From: an uncultured Candidatus Woesearchaeota archaeon
GTDB lineage: Archaea > Nanobdellota > Nanobdellia > Woesearchaeales > UBA525
Length of the DNA stretch: 64,000 nt
Direction of reading: 5' to 3'
Assembly (NCBI GenBank): GCA_963724455.1
Contig: CAVRUV010000022.1
Span: forward strand, 2,821 to 66,820
Shown: in pieces, positions 27,736 to 36,783 of the stretch
Layout of the letters: every line of letters begins with the position of its first letter
How positions within the stretch are numbered: position 1 is the stretch's first letter
Translations under genes and position numbers: made by a program
Notes under the pieces: generated by a model
The model's input: the letters and a program-made list of their open reading frames with translations, nothing else
Database searches by the model: none
What the model was told of the DNA's origin: nothing

Positions 27736-28197
27736 ATGGTTATCGAACGCACATATGTAATTCCATTACGCGCAGGCTACAGAAATACTCCAAAGCACTG
27801 CAGAACAAATAAAGCAGTCAAAGTCTTGCGCATATTCCTCGCTAAACACATGAAGGTTAAGGAAGAAGATGTAAGATTAGGACAGCACATTAATTTGCTT
27901 TTGTGGGCTCACGGTATCAAGAACCCTCCAGCGCGCGTTACTGTCAAAGTCGTAAAAGGCGATGATGGCATTGTAAAAGCAGAGCTTGAGAGTAAAGAGT
28001 TTACTGAGACAGTAAAGCCATCTCCAAAGTCTGAGCAGCCGCAAGGTCTCAAGGAGAAATTGCAAGCAGCAGTCGGCGGTAAGAAAGCTGACAAGACTGA
28101 TGAGAAGCAAGGGGCTTCAGTAGATGCAAAGCCTAAGCCTGCAGCAAAAAAGAAGGCAGCTCCAAAGCAAGAAGCAGAAGCTCCAGCTGAAGAGTAA
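27736..28197 (+). CDS. rpl31e: Ribosomal protein L31e (eL31) with a ~65-aa K/A/E/P-rich tail
   Basis: ERTYVIPLR...RTNKAVKVLRIFLAKHMKV...VRLGQHINLLLWAHGIKNPPARVTVKV, then a low-complexity tail ending KPKPAAKKKAAPKQEAEAPAEE. Confidence 0.9.
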   Translation: MVIERTYVIPLRAGYRNTPKHCRTNKAVKVLRIFLAKHMKVKEEDVRLGQHINLLLWAHGIKNPPARVTVKVVKGDDGIVKAELESKEFTETVKPSPKSEQPQGLKEKLQAAVGGKKADKTDEKQGASVDAKPKPAAKKKAAPKQEAEAPAEE

Positions 28198-28345
28198 ATT
28201 TCATTTTTTTCTTTTTTTATTCTTTATTATTCTCTATGTTATTGTTAATTCTCTACTATTTTTTATATTATTTTTAGTTCTGCATATTTGATGTAGTTTT
28301 AGGTATTAGTTTCATTAGTTTACTTGTTGAATAGTATTCGTATCT

Positions 28346-28498
28346 GGAACGCCTTGGAGTGGGTCCTGACAACGAGTCGCTGTGAGCTGATTCGAGTCAT
28401 ACGAGAATCCGAAGGAACGAAGTGACGAGATGCGAGCAGGCAAGGACGAGTTGTCAATAGATTCTGCGAGGGACTAAGCAGTATGTTCTGCGCGTTCC
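28346..28498 (-). repeat. Structured intergenic element, long divergent form (copy E5, 153 nt)
   Basis: Minus strand: GGAACGC-GCAG...TCCCTCGCAGAATCTA...GAATCAGC...CTCC-AAG-GCGTTCC. Same closing helix, AAG bulge and TCCCTC box; the apical domain is expanded, closed by TGACAAC/GTTGTCA. Confidence 0.65.
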
Positions 28499-28589
28499 TA
28501 GTAGTTAGTTGTAATTTAGCAAATCACTGTCGATTCATTACATATGATTATTAAGTTGGTTCAAGACACTCTATTGCGAGTGAATCAAT

Positions 28590-29285
28590 ATGGGTGAATC
28601 GATGGATCTTTTCGGCAAAGCATTAACCTCATACTATAAGGGTTCGAAAGAAAAATTCTATTTTGTAGATAAGCAAGGAGTATTGTTCGAGCACCCGCTT
28701 GATTTCTATTTCAGGTCATACTCAAAATTCTCTCGCATAGAAAAGAAGATTATCAATTTGTCCTACGGAGAGATTCTAGATATTGGTTGCGGTACAGGAA
28801 ATATTACACAGTATGTTGCAGGAAAAGGAAATGTTACAGGCATTGATATATCTGCTAATACTATTGCGCTTGCAAAAATGCTTGCAAAAAAATCAGTCGG
28901 ACCAAAAATAAAGGCTAATGCACTTCATTATGCAGTTGCAGATATATTCTCTTATTCTCCATTGAAAAAATTTGATACCATTCTCTTAATGGAGAATAAT
29001 CTCGGGATGGGACAATCAATGCAAGGCGTGCAGAAACTGCTAAGATTATTATCTGGATTTTTGAAAGACGATGGACAGATTTTAACAAATGCGAGAATTA
29101 TCAATACAGAATATTATGAAGCGAGTTTAGCATCTGTGTACGGCAAAGAGCATGGTCCATTTTTTGGCTGGATGAGTTTTAATGAAGCATTTTTCAAAAA
29201 ATTATGCGATGGCGAAAGCTTACGCTCGAATGTTCTTATGAGAACTAAAAATACTTGCTTGTTTAGAATAACAAAAAAATCATAA
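28590..29285 (+). CDS. Class I SAM-dependent methyltransferase
   Basis: Motif I ILDIGCGTGNIT. Confidence 0.7.
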   Translation: MGESMDLFGKALTSYYKGSKEKFYFVDKQGVLFEHPLDFYFRSYSKFSRIEKKIINLSYGEILDIGCGTGNITQYVAGKGNVTGIDISANTIALAKMLAKKSVGPKIKANALHYAVADIFSYSPLKKFDTILLMENNLGMGQSMQGVQKLLRLLSGFLKDDGQILTNARIINTEYYEASLASVYGKEHGPFFGWMSFNEAFFKKLCDGESLRSNVLMRTKNTCLFRITKKS

Positions 29286-29324
29286 AAATAAATAGAGTTA
29301 ATTTAGTGCGATAACTATTTGTCG

Positions 29325-30299
29325 TTACATTCTGTTAGGCATAAAACCGACTCTTTCTAAGACGCGTTTTGTGCTAACTGCTCTATTCAATGTATAAATG
29401 TGTATATCATTTACGCCGTTTGCATAGAGTTCTTCCATTTGTTCTACCATCCAGTCTTCGCCTGCAATTGCACCGCGCTTTTCTAAATCTTTACAAAGCT
29501 TATCGGGTATGGACACATTCATCTTTGCAGGAACGCTGCTCTCTCCACCAGTTTGTCTTGGATGATCGAGGATTTTTAATCCCGGAATGATTGGGATAGT
29601 TACACCATAATCACGAGCCATGGCAATGAATTGCAATATCATTTTTGTGTCAAAGCACATCTGAGTGATTGCAAAGTTTGCACCAGCATCTTGCTTCATC
29701 TTTAGATACTGTATTCCGCATTCAATATTCGGCGCAGCATAATGCCTTTCAGGATATGCCGCAACACCTATGCACAAATCAATCGGTTGAACATCCTCTT
29801 TTGGAGGGTTGAGATATATTTTTCTTCGCATTGCAGCTATTTGTTCAACCATGCCTAGCGAATATTTATGTCCTTGCGGATTTGGTTTGAACATATCTCC
29901 ATAATTTGGGTCTCCTCTGATTAAGAAAATATTTTCTATGCCGACAAAAGGCAGTTGTATGACTGCGCCTTCTGTTTCTAATTGCGTAAAATCCCCGCAG
30001 ATAAAATGCGGCATGACTTCAACATTCAAGTGGTTATATCTTCCCATAAGATGAGCTGCGATAAGATCAGGATTTGCTCTTATCTTTCTAGGATGTAATT
30101 CTTCAATGCCTAATGCATTTCTTGTTCGCTCCATGATCTCTTGGTGATAGGTGACTGAAAGAAATAGAGGTCCATATTTTTTTACTAATTCATCAATTGC
30201 TTCAGAATCTTTTTTTGCATTTGCCCATCTTTGCGGAGGCAGGATTTCTAGAGAGAATCCTCGCTTGTTTGCAGCGATTATGTCGGGGATTCTTACCAT
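29325..30299 (-). CDS. metF: Methylenetetrahydrofolate reductase (MetF/MTHFR family)
   Basis: FSLEILPPQ N-terminal motif, TIM-barrel-sized protein, LFLSVTYH..., conserved acidic/aromatic blocks typical of MetF. Confidence 0.7.
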   Translation of the reverse strand: MVRIPDIIAANKRGFSLEILPPQRWANAKKDSEAIDELVKKYGPLFLSVTYHQEIMERTRNALGIEELHPRKIRANPDLIAAHLMGRYNHLNVEVMPHFICGDFTQLETEGAVIQLPFVGIENIFLIRGDPNYGDMFKPNPQGHKYSLGMVEQIAAMRRKIYLNPPKEDVQPIDLCIGVAAYPERHYAAPNIECGIQYLKMKQDAGANFAITQMCFDTKMILQFIAMARDYGVTIPIIPGLKILDHPRQTGGESSVPAKMNVSIPDKLCKDLEKRGAIAGEDWMVEQMEELYANGVNDIHIYTLNRAVSTKRVLERVGFMPNRM

Positions 30300-30496
30300 C
30301 TATAGAGAGTCTTGATTGCATTTTTAAAGCTTCTTGGAGCGCTTTTAAACTGATTGTGTAGTGTTTTGTGTTGTTGTTTTTGTGTTGTTGTGATATTGTT
30401 GTTTTGTTGTTTTATGAACGTATTTTGCATAATTATTATATACATTAGAACTTAAGCATAGTAGATAGTAACTACAAATACAGCGAGGGGGAAAAC

Positions 30497-30835
30497 ATGA
30501 ATGAATCTGTAGACTTAGGCGGAAACATCACCCTTTCAGGGTTTTCTAGTCGTGATTTCACGGACCTGATTGTGGTAAAAAAGATTGTAGGACAATGTGC
30601 TAGGAAGCTTACTGATAGCGTTCCTGGTTTTACAAAATTGGAAGTGCATTTAAAAGAAGTCCATCCGCATAGTGATGGTAAGGGCGGTAAGTCAGAGCTC
30701 GTAGCAAAGGTGCATGTTGAGGGCAAGGAGTATGCAGCAGAAGTAGTGGATCATAATTTGTTTGTTGCTCTTGATAGTGTGCTTAAGCGCGTTTATGAAC
30801 AGGCGCATAAAGAGATGGAAAAACACGGCAAGTAA
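30497..30835 (+). CDS. HPF/RaiA-like (ribosome-associated S30AE fold) protein
   Basis: Pattern I.LSG..DFTDL....IVGQCARKL......KLEVHLKEVH...ELVAKVHVEGKEYAAEVVDHNLFVALDSVLKRVYEQAHKEMEK mirrors the beta-alpha-beta-beta-beta-alpha layout and the ...dmy.Aid.l..kLerql.k motif of hibernation factors. Confidence 0.5.
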   Translation: MNESVDLGGNITLSGFSSRDFTDLIVVKKIVGQCARKLTDSVPGFTKLEVHLKEVHPHSDGKGGKSELVAKVHVEGKEYAAEVVDHNLFVALDSVLKRVYEQAHKEMEKHGK

Positions 30836-31003
30836 ATTCCAAGTTTCCTTTTTTCAATTATTCTTACAGAGGTTTTGTAGAGAGTATGATTTAGTTTTTA
30901 GAAAATAGTTTAAAATAGTTTGTTATGTCTAGAAAAGTAGTTTAGGATTTACTAATAGTTCTAGTTTAAGTTTTAATTAATATTAATTTTCTATTAATTT
31001 TTT

Positions 31004-31097
31004 TGCCACGGAGAATTACTGCTCGGTCCCTCGCAGAATTTAGAATTTTATGCCTGCATGAATCGGCATAAAATTTAGGTTTTGCTCCAAGGTGGCA
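31004..31097 (+). repeat. Structured intergenic element, short form (copy E2, 94 nt)
   Basis: TGCCAC-GGAG...TCCCTCGCAGAATTTAG, hairpin AATTTTATGCC/GGCATAAAATT (11 bp) with loop TGCATGAATC, then TTAGGTTTTG-CTCC-AAG-GTGGCA. Confidence 0.8.
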
Positions 31098-31182
31098 TTA
31101 CTAATTGTTATTGTTACAAATCATATTAAGAAACTCTAAATAAAAGAAATTAAAAAAATGTAAAAAAAGAAAACAAAAAGAC

Positions 31183-31752
31183 TCAGTGTCTTCTGCCCTT
31201 TGCTTTAAGAGATGGTCTGATCTTTTCAGCTCCTTGTCCCTTTGCACGTAGACCGCGGCCTTTTCTTCCTGCAGAGGTGATGCCTCTGAAAGCTCTGCCT
31301 GTTTGTGCTGCAATGCCGATATACTTTTTATCAGCTAGGACTGCTGGGTGCTTTCTATCTACCATGATGATTTCAAACCATAAATAGTAACCATCTTGAG
31401 CTGCTTGGTAGCTTCCTAGTACTTCACAGTTGAGGTACTTTCTGCTAGCTGCTTCTTCACAGATATGCTGGTAGTTCTTGTGCAAATTCTTTGTCTGGTG
31501 GAATCTGCTAGGACGTCTACCGCCTTTGATATCTGGTCTGATGTGTTTACCACGTCTTGTACGGATTCTGATGACAAAGACACCTTGCTTTGCCTTGAAA
31601 CCAAGTGCTCTAGCACGGTCGATTCTTGTTGGATGCTCTAAACGAAGAATTGCTGGCTCGCGACGAACTTCTATTAAGCGTTCGCGTTGTACCTTTTTGA
31701 CTTCTTCAGATGGAGCTCTGAAAGCTTGTTTAACGTATTTTAGATATCCCAT
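31183..31752 (-). CDS. rpl15e: Ribosomal protein L15e (eL15)
   Basis: MGYLKYVKQAFRAP...RLEHPTRIDRARALGFKAKQGVFVIRIRTRRG... Confidence 0.9.
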   Translation of the reverse strand: MGYLKYVKQAFRAPSEEVKKVQRERLIEVRREPAILRLEHPTRIDRARALGFKAKQGVFVIRIRTRRGKHIRPDIKGGRRPSRFHQTKNLHKNYQHICEEAASRKYLNCEVLGSYQAAQDGYYLWFEIIMVDRKHPAVLADKKYIGIAAQTGRAFRGITSAGRKGRGLRAKGQGAEKIRPSLKAKGRRH

Positions 31753-31931
31753 TGTATTGCCTCCGTTATTTTCTACCAGCAGTTACATTTTTCATGTGCT
31801 GTCTACTGGTTGTGCTTCAGCGAAGCTAATCGCCACATTGCACAAAGGTGAAGAATCAAGGTCCATTTATAAAGATATATGTTAATATTAGTTTATGCTG
31901 CGTCGGAGAACTCTCAAGTTTCCCGACCAAA

Positions 31932-31943
31932 CCTTTATAAATA
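31932..31943 (+). promoter_or_regulatory. Putative BRE/TATA (CCTTTATAAATA) about 35 nt upstream of the ATG at 31975
   Basis: Best match to the recurring promoter motif of this window. Confidence 0.5.
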
Positions 31944-31974
31944 AAGATTTGTACTTTCTCTCTTGTGAGCATTT

Positions 31975-33894
31975 ATGGTAAAAAAGAACACTTCTATTAA
32001 GAGTTCCAAAGAGAGTTTCAAAGAGAGTTCCAAAGATGATGCGACTTCTAAAAGCATGATTTCTAAAGATGCAACTTCTAAAGATGCAGCAATTGAACAG
32101 CCACAAGGAATAGAATCTTCTATAGAGGATGTTGCGCCACAGATATCATCAGATATGCAAAAACGTATGGAGCAGATGAAACAAACGCTCGACACTTTTA
32201 AGGAGAAGCTTCTTGCTAAATTCGAAGGGTATGTTTTAGGAATTGCTCTAGCGCCTCCTGATCAAGAAGGCGATAGAAAAGACAAGATGAATGTTATAAT
32301 TCTTGTTGACGATCGTGATAGTACGAAGATGGGAAAAGATGAGTTACACGAAAAACTAACAAAATCAATGGATGCTGTTGCAAAAGATGTTGATGTGTTA
32401 ATTGCAATTGATGTTCTTCTTATTTCTGAATTATGGCAATCATGTTATGATAGCAAATATGATTTGCTTCAAGTGCTAGCAATAGCTGCACCAATCTATG
32501 ATACCGGAATGCTAGCAGCAATCAAGATTAGCGAGATTCACAAGAGCATGGTTCTGAAAAAATTCGAGAAGTATATTGCTTGTTATGTTCTTGGCGGCAG
32601 CATAGTGCGCGGCACTGCAAATGCAAATTCCGATATCGACGTGTACATTGTTATTGATGATACTGATGTAAAAAAGATGACTAGAACCGAGTTAAAAGAT
32701 AAGCTTCGCGGTATCATAAATGATATGGCTTTGCAAGCAGGACAAATGACTGGCATTCAAAACAAACTAAGCCTGCAAGTCTATATTCTGACTGATTTTT
32801 GGGAGAGCATCAAGGAAGCAAACCCTGTTATTTTCACATTCTTAAGAGATGGTATTCCATTCTACGACCGCGGTGTATTTATGCCATGGAAGCAATTGCT
32901 CAAGATGGGAAAAATCCGTCCAAGTAGCGAAGCAATTGAGCTGTATCGTTCTACTGGAGATCAAATGCTAGATCGCGTACGTTTCAAACTGCGAGATATT
33001 GCAATTGAAGATATGTGGTATGCAATCCTTACACCAAGTCAGGCTGCGATAATGTTATACGGAATGCCTCCGCCAGCGCCAAGAGAAACTCCTGATGTCA
33101 TGCGTGAGATATTCGTTAAAAAAGAAAAGCTATTTGGCGAAGAGCACGTTAAATTCTTAGAGTATGTCATCAAGATGCACAAGGATGTTGAGTACGGTAC
33201 TCGAAAGAGCGTGAGTGGTAATGAAGTTCAAGAGATGCTTGAAAAAGCAGAAAAATACTTGAAGGCATTGTCAAAGCTTTATCAGCAAATTGAAGAGCGA
33301 AGAGAACTTGAAAATATCGTTCACATCTATGAGAGCGTTGTTACAGTTATTCGTGACGTTTTGACGCTTGAAGGTATTGAGCGCGCAAGCGATGATGAAT
33401 CTGTTAAGTTGTTTGAACGTGAAATAGTTCATAAGGGCATTATCCCAGAACGATATCTACGTATTTTCAAGGAAATTTACAAGGCTAAAAAAGATTATGA
33501 CGCGGGTAAGCTTTCGCATGGTGATATTGCTGAGCTTCATAAAAATGCAAGTGAATTGCTCAAGTTCACTGTTGAGCATATACAGCGCAAGCGCGGTCGT
33601 GAATTGGAAAGAGCAAAAGTACGCGTAAAATATGGCGATAAATTCGGCGAAGTTATTTTGCTTGATACTGTTGCATTTGTTACCATGGATATCGACGCGT
33701 CAGAAAAAGAGATACTTCAAGGCACTCTTACTGAATCAGGGCATATTGTGAATCTTAGCGTAAGTTCTTTAGATGCTTTAGAGCACTCTTTAGCAAGCGC
33801 GAAGATGCCGCAAAGAGTATTCTTACATGAACGTCTTTTTGAAGATGTAAAGAAGATATTCGGCAATAATGTCGAAATTATGATGGGATTATGA
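31975..33894 (+). CDS. Large nucleotidyltransferase-domain protein (Pol-beta/MNT superfamily)
   Basis: GGSIVRGTANANSDIDVYIVIDD (GS...D.D NTase motif), preceded by a degenerate copy (MNVIILVDDRD). Low-complexity S/K-rich N-terminus and helical C-terminal half. Confidence 0.6.
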   Translation: MVKKNTSIKSSKESFKESSKDDATSKSMISKDATSKDAAIEQPQGIESSIEDVAPQISSDMQKRMEQMKQTLDTFKEKLLAKFEGYVLGIALAPPDQEGDRKDKMNVIILVDDRDSTKMGKDELHEKLTKSMDAVAKDVDVLIAIDVLLISELWQSCYDSKYDLLQVLAIAAPIYDTGMLAAIKISEIHKSMVLKKFEKYIACYVLGGSIVRGTANANSDIDVYIVIDDTDVKKMTRTELKDKLRGIINDMALQAGQMTGIQNKLSLQVYILTDFWESIKEANPVIFTFLRDGIPFYDRGVFMPWKQLLKMGKIRPSSEAIELYRSTGDQMLDRVRFKLRDIAIEDMWYAILTPSQAAIMLYGMPPPAPRETPDVMREIFVKKEKLFGEEHVKFLEYVIKMHKDVEYGTRKSVSGNEVQEMLEKAEKYLKALSKLYQQIEERRELENIVHIYESVVTVIRDVLTLEGIERASDDESVKLFEREIVHKGIIPERYLRIFKEIYKAKKDYDAGKLSHGDIAELHKNASELLKFTVEHIQRKRGRELERAKVRVKYGDKFGEVILLDTVAFVTMDIDASEKEILQGTLTESGHIVNLSVSSLDALEHSLASAKMPQRVFLHERLFEDVKKIFGNNVEIMMGL

Positions 33895-34041
33895 AGGGAG
33901 TATGGCTGTGGGTAGAAATTATGTGCGCTCATATGCCTGATCTGCTCACTGATTAGTTTTTAATTCTCATTTTTTCACTAATTTTTTTGTTTTTTCTCAT
34001 AATATTGTTCCATCATCTTTAAGAATGGAGCCCGCATTCCT

Positions 34042-34542
34042 TTGTTGGTGAGTTTGGTGAATGCCGACTTAAAAGTACTTGATGTAATGACCTTGAAGCC
34101 AGTTGTTGCCCCGGCAGATATGACGATACGGGATGTTGCAGCATTAATGGAAAAATTCAATGTTGGTTCTGTTGTCATTAAAGAAGGCCGTGATGTGGTT
34201 GGCATTGTTACAGAACCTGATTTCATTCGTCGTGTGATTCTCGAAGGTATGGATTTTACTAGAGAGCCTATAAGTTCTATTATGACTCGCGATCTTATCG
34301 TTGTTTCGCCAGGCACTGATGTTATGGAAGCATTGATGCTTATGAAAGATACTGATGTACGTCATTTGCCAGTTCTTGATGATGGTAAAATGGTGGGGTT
34401 TGTCACGGTAAAGGATATCTTGCGTGTACAGCCGCATCTATTCGATGATTGGGCGGATTCTATTAGGTTGCGTGAAGAGCATAGAAAGCCAATCGGTGGC
34501 GGTGCAATGATTGATGAAAAATATCTAGATGAAGAGTCTTAG
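34042..34542 (+). CDS. CBS-domain pair protein
   Basis: Two CBS repeats (VMTLKPVVAPADMTIRDVAALM...GIVTEPDFIRRV; IMTRDLIVVSPGTDVMEALMLM...GFVTVKDILR). TTG start in the track. Confidence 0.85.
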   Translation: MLVSLVNADLKVLDVMTLKPVVAPADMTIRDVAALMEKFNVGSVVIKEGRDVVGIVTEPDFIRRVILEGMDFTREPISSIMTRDLIVVSPGTDVMEALMLMKDTDVRHLPVLDDGKMVGFVTVKDILRVQPHLFDDWADSIRLREEHRKPIGGGAMIDEKYLDEES

Positions 34543-34695
34543 TTAAGAGCATTTTTTAAAGAATTTTAGTTTTGTATTGAAGTTATTTGATATTATCTTG
34601 ATTTTGCATAGGCGTTGTTTGCTATTGGCTTAATCATATTTTGTTATTTAGTGTTATTAATTTTATATATTTTTTAAATGATTTTTTATTGATTG

Positions 34696-34925
34696 CTGCA
34701 ATTCGTCCAGCGCATACCTTGACAGTCATGTTGAGGTTAGCTGAGACGAATTGCAGATGAATAACTCGGCTTTGAAGGCCGATACCTCGGCTTTTAAGCC
34801 GAGGTTATTCATTTTTTTATTTTTGCGGCGCGCATCAGATACGTCATGGTTTTGTTTTGCTTCTCGACCGTATTTTTTGTGCTGCAAAAAAGCACCTCGA
34901 AGCTCAGGATTATCGCTTGGCCGCA
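34696..34925. repeat. Cluster of three adjacent palindromic/stem-loop modules in a 470-nt intergenic gap
   Basis: (a) CTGCAATTCGTC 34696-34707 pairs with GACGAATTGCAG 34746-34757. (b) ATGAATAA...CCTCGGC-TTTTAA-GCCGAGG-TTATTCAT is followed by T-runs. (c) TGCGGC 34824-34829 pairs with GCCGCA 34920-34925, with inner GCTTC/GAAGC and T7G/CA7 pairings. Confidence 0.55.
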
Positions 34926-35012
34926 ACTATTCGTTTTTATTGTTTTAAGTTATTTTAATTGTGGGTTTATATTATTTTTATTCTGTTTTTATGTTATTTT
35001 TATTAAACTGTT

Positions 35013-35615
35013 TTATAGAAACATCGTCGGTATTGCATATTGCAGCAACCATAATATTGTCCCCGAAACTAATGGTATAAGAAGATTATCATCTACTCGA
35101 TGGTCAGCAATGCGTAGGTCTCCAGCTTCAATTATCATTGCGCATGTTGCTGCAATGATTGCTGCAATCAATGGGACATATACCCATGCAGCAAGCGTTC
35201 CTGCAATTGCACCAAAAATAGTTCCTTCAGTATAGGTTTTTTTTGAAACCAAACTTCCATTGAAGTTTTTTGATACAAGATGAGCAATAGCGTCACCGAA
35301 TGCAAGAATCATGATGCTTGCTGACGCGATATTGATGGGAAATAATAATAACACTATGAAGCATCCGATGAAATAAAAGAATATTTCTAGACCAGGAATC
35401 TTTGCATCTGCTCTATTTATGCTAAGGATGTTTGTTAATAGCTCTCGTTCAGCTTTAAGATTGTAGAGTATTGCTGCTGCGAGTAACAAAATTGTGATTC
35501 CGAATATTTGTAGGTCAAGGATTCGCGCGTTGAATCCTAGAACAATGATTACTCCGACAAGAATATGAACTGTTTTTCTAATGAATTCCAGTTGTGTCTC
35601 TGATTTTTGTCGCAT
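35013..35615 (-). CDS. Polyprenol (dolichol) kinase-like / CTP-transferase family membrane protein
   Basis: Six to seven TM segments, RKTVHILVG near the N-terminus, FGDAIAHLV...KKTYTEGTIFG...DDNL: the dolichol/phytol kinase pattern. Confidence 0.6.
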   Translation of the reverse strand: MRQKSETQLEFIRKTVHILVGVIIVLGFNARILDLQIFGITILLLAAAILYNLKAERELLTNILSINRADAKIPGLEIFFYFIGCFIVLLLFPINIASASIMILAFGDAIAHLVSKNFNGSLVSKKTYTEGTIFGAIAGTLAAWVYVPLIAAIIAATCAMIIEAGDLRIADHRVDDNLLIPLVSGTILWLLQYAIPTMFL

Positions 35616-35787
35616 GAGTTTCTACCTGATTTTTACCTACTTATGTGGCTTATAAGGATTGCGTTCATCAAATGAGCTATTTAACGAGTTATCATCTGCT
35701 ATTGATGTATTTTTACTATTGATGTGTTATTATGGTTGTTTTTTGGTGCAGACAATGGCACTTATCAGCTAGTAATCGGATAGTAAT

Positions 35788-35798
35788 CTTTATAAATA
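35788..35798 (+). promoter_or_regulatory. Putative TATA (CTTTATAAATA) about 25 nt upstream of the rpoL ATG
   Basis: Recurring motif; the spacing implies a near-leaderless transcript. Confidence 0.5.
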
Positions 35799-35818
35799 CC
35801 TTGCTGTTCTCATGAACT

Positions 35819-36085
35819 ATGGAGCTCATCATTCTAGAGCAGAAAAAGCATCGTATCGTATTCGAGCTAAAAGGCGCAGATCACACCTTTTGTAATGCTT
35901 TGAAGCAAGAATTGTGGAACGACGAAGCAGTCAAGGTTGCAGCATATAATATCGCTCACCACCTTGTTGGACACCCAAAATTCATCGTAGAATCTACTGG
36001 CGACGTTAAAGAAGCGCTTCTTGGTGCAAGTAGCAGATTACAAAAGCGCAACAAGGACTTCGGCACAGCTTTTGACAAGTTGTAA
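35819..36085 (+). CDS. rpoL: DNA-directed RNA polymerase subunit L (Rpo11)
   Basis: IVFELKGADHTFCNALKQEL...VKVAAYNIAHHLVGHPKFIVES. Confidence 0.85.
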   Translation: MELIILEQKKHRIVFELKGADHTFCNALKQELWNDEAVKVAAYNIAHHLVGHPKFIVESTGDVKEALLGASSRLQKRNKDFGTAFDKL

Positions 36086-36161
36086 GTTTTCTAGAATTTT
36101 AGTTATTAATTCTATTTATGTTGTTTATTCAGTTTATTTTTTAATTTAATTATTATATTTA

Positions 36162-36542
36162 TTAATTCTCTTTTGATATTATTTGATAATTTTGTTCTGG
36201 GTGAAGAAGTTTTTCTCCTCCATATTTGATGAGTCCTTGCAAACTTGAACCACAATGATTACAAAATCTAGCGCTTGTTGGTTCGCTTATACAACAAGGC
36301 TTTTTTGAATTCAGATTTAAGTTATTCAAGCCATATGTGGTAGCATTTTGTTCAAACCAATTATCTCCTGTGTTAGGATAGATTATGATGAATGGCTTTT
36401 TGTGTTCAGAGTCTATTTCAGAATTGTGTCCTTCGCATGACATGTGTGTTTTGTAATTGTGTTTCCAGAGTTGTCGTATGAGTGGAACGATTCCTTCATC
36501 TATTTTTAATTTCTGCATCGTCTCGCGCATATTCTTTTTCAT
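36162..36542 (-). CDS. Hypothetical protein with C-terminal zinc-ribbon-like motif
   Basis: H/C residues (SCEGH ... CCISEPTSARFCNHCGSS); no family recognised. Confidence 0.45.
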   Translation of the reverse strand: MKKNMRETMQKLKIDEGIVPLIRQLWKHNYKTHMSCEGHNSEIDSEHKKPFIIIYPNTGDNWFEQNATTYGLNNLNLNSKKPCCISEPTSARFCNHCGSSLQGLIKYGGEKLLHPEQNYQIISKEN

Positions 36543-36783
36543 TCTAGTATTGGTGCGTTTTAATTTATAAAACTTACTATTTTTATTACTATAAAGTAGT
36601 TATTTATTCACAATTTATTTACAATTGTTGTTGTTTGACCATATCTGGCCATATTCTTTTTATAGGGACTGTTCTATGATTGCTTGGCTTGTATGCAGTT
36701 AGTACATTAATTGATATTATTGATGTGTTGATTAATATGATTGATGTTGTAGTAACAAGCACTAAATAGGTACTGGGTGAAGT

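Noticed and set aside
31863-31876. TTTATAAA motif at 31866-31873 as the promoter of rpl15e
   Set aside because: The palindromic TATA lies about 115 nt from the rpl15e ATG and also sits near the better-placed plus-strand promoter at 31932. Its direction and target are ambiguous, so it is not reported as a feature.
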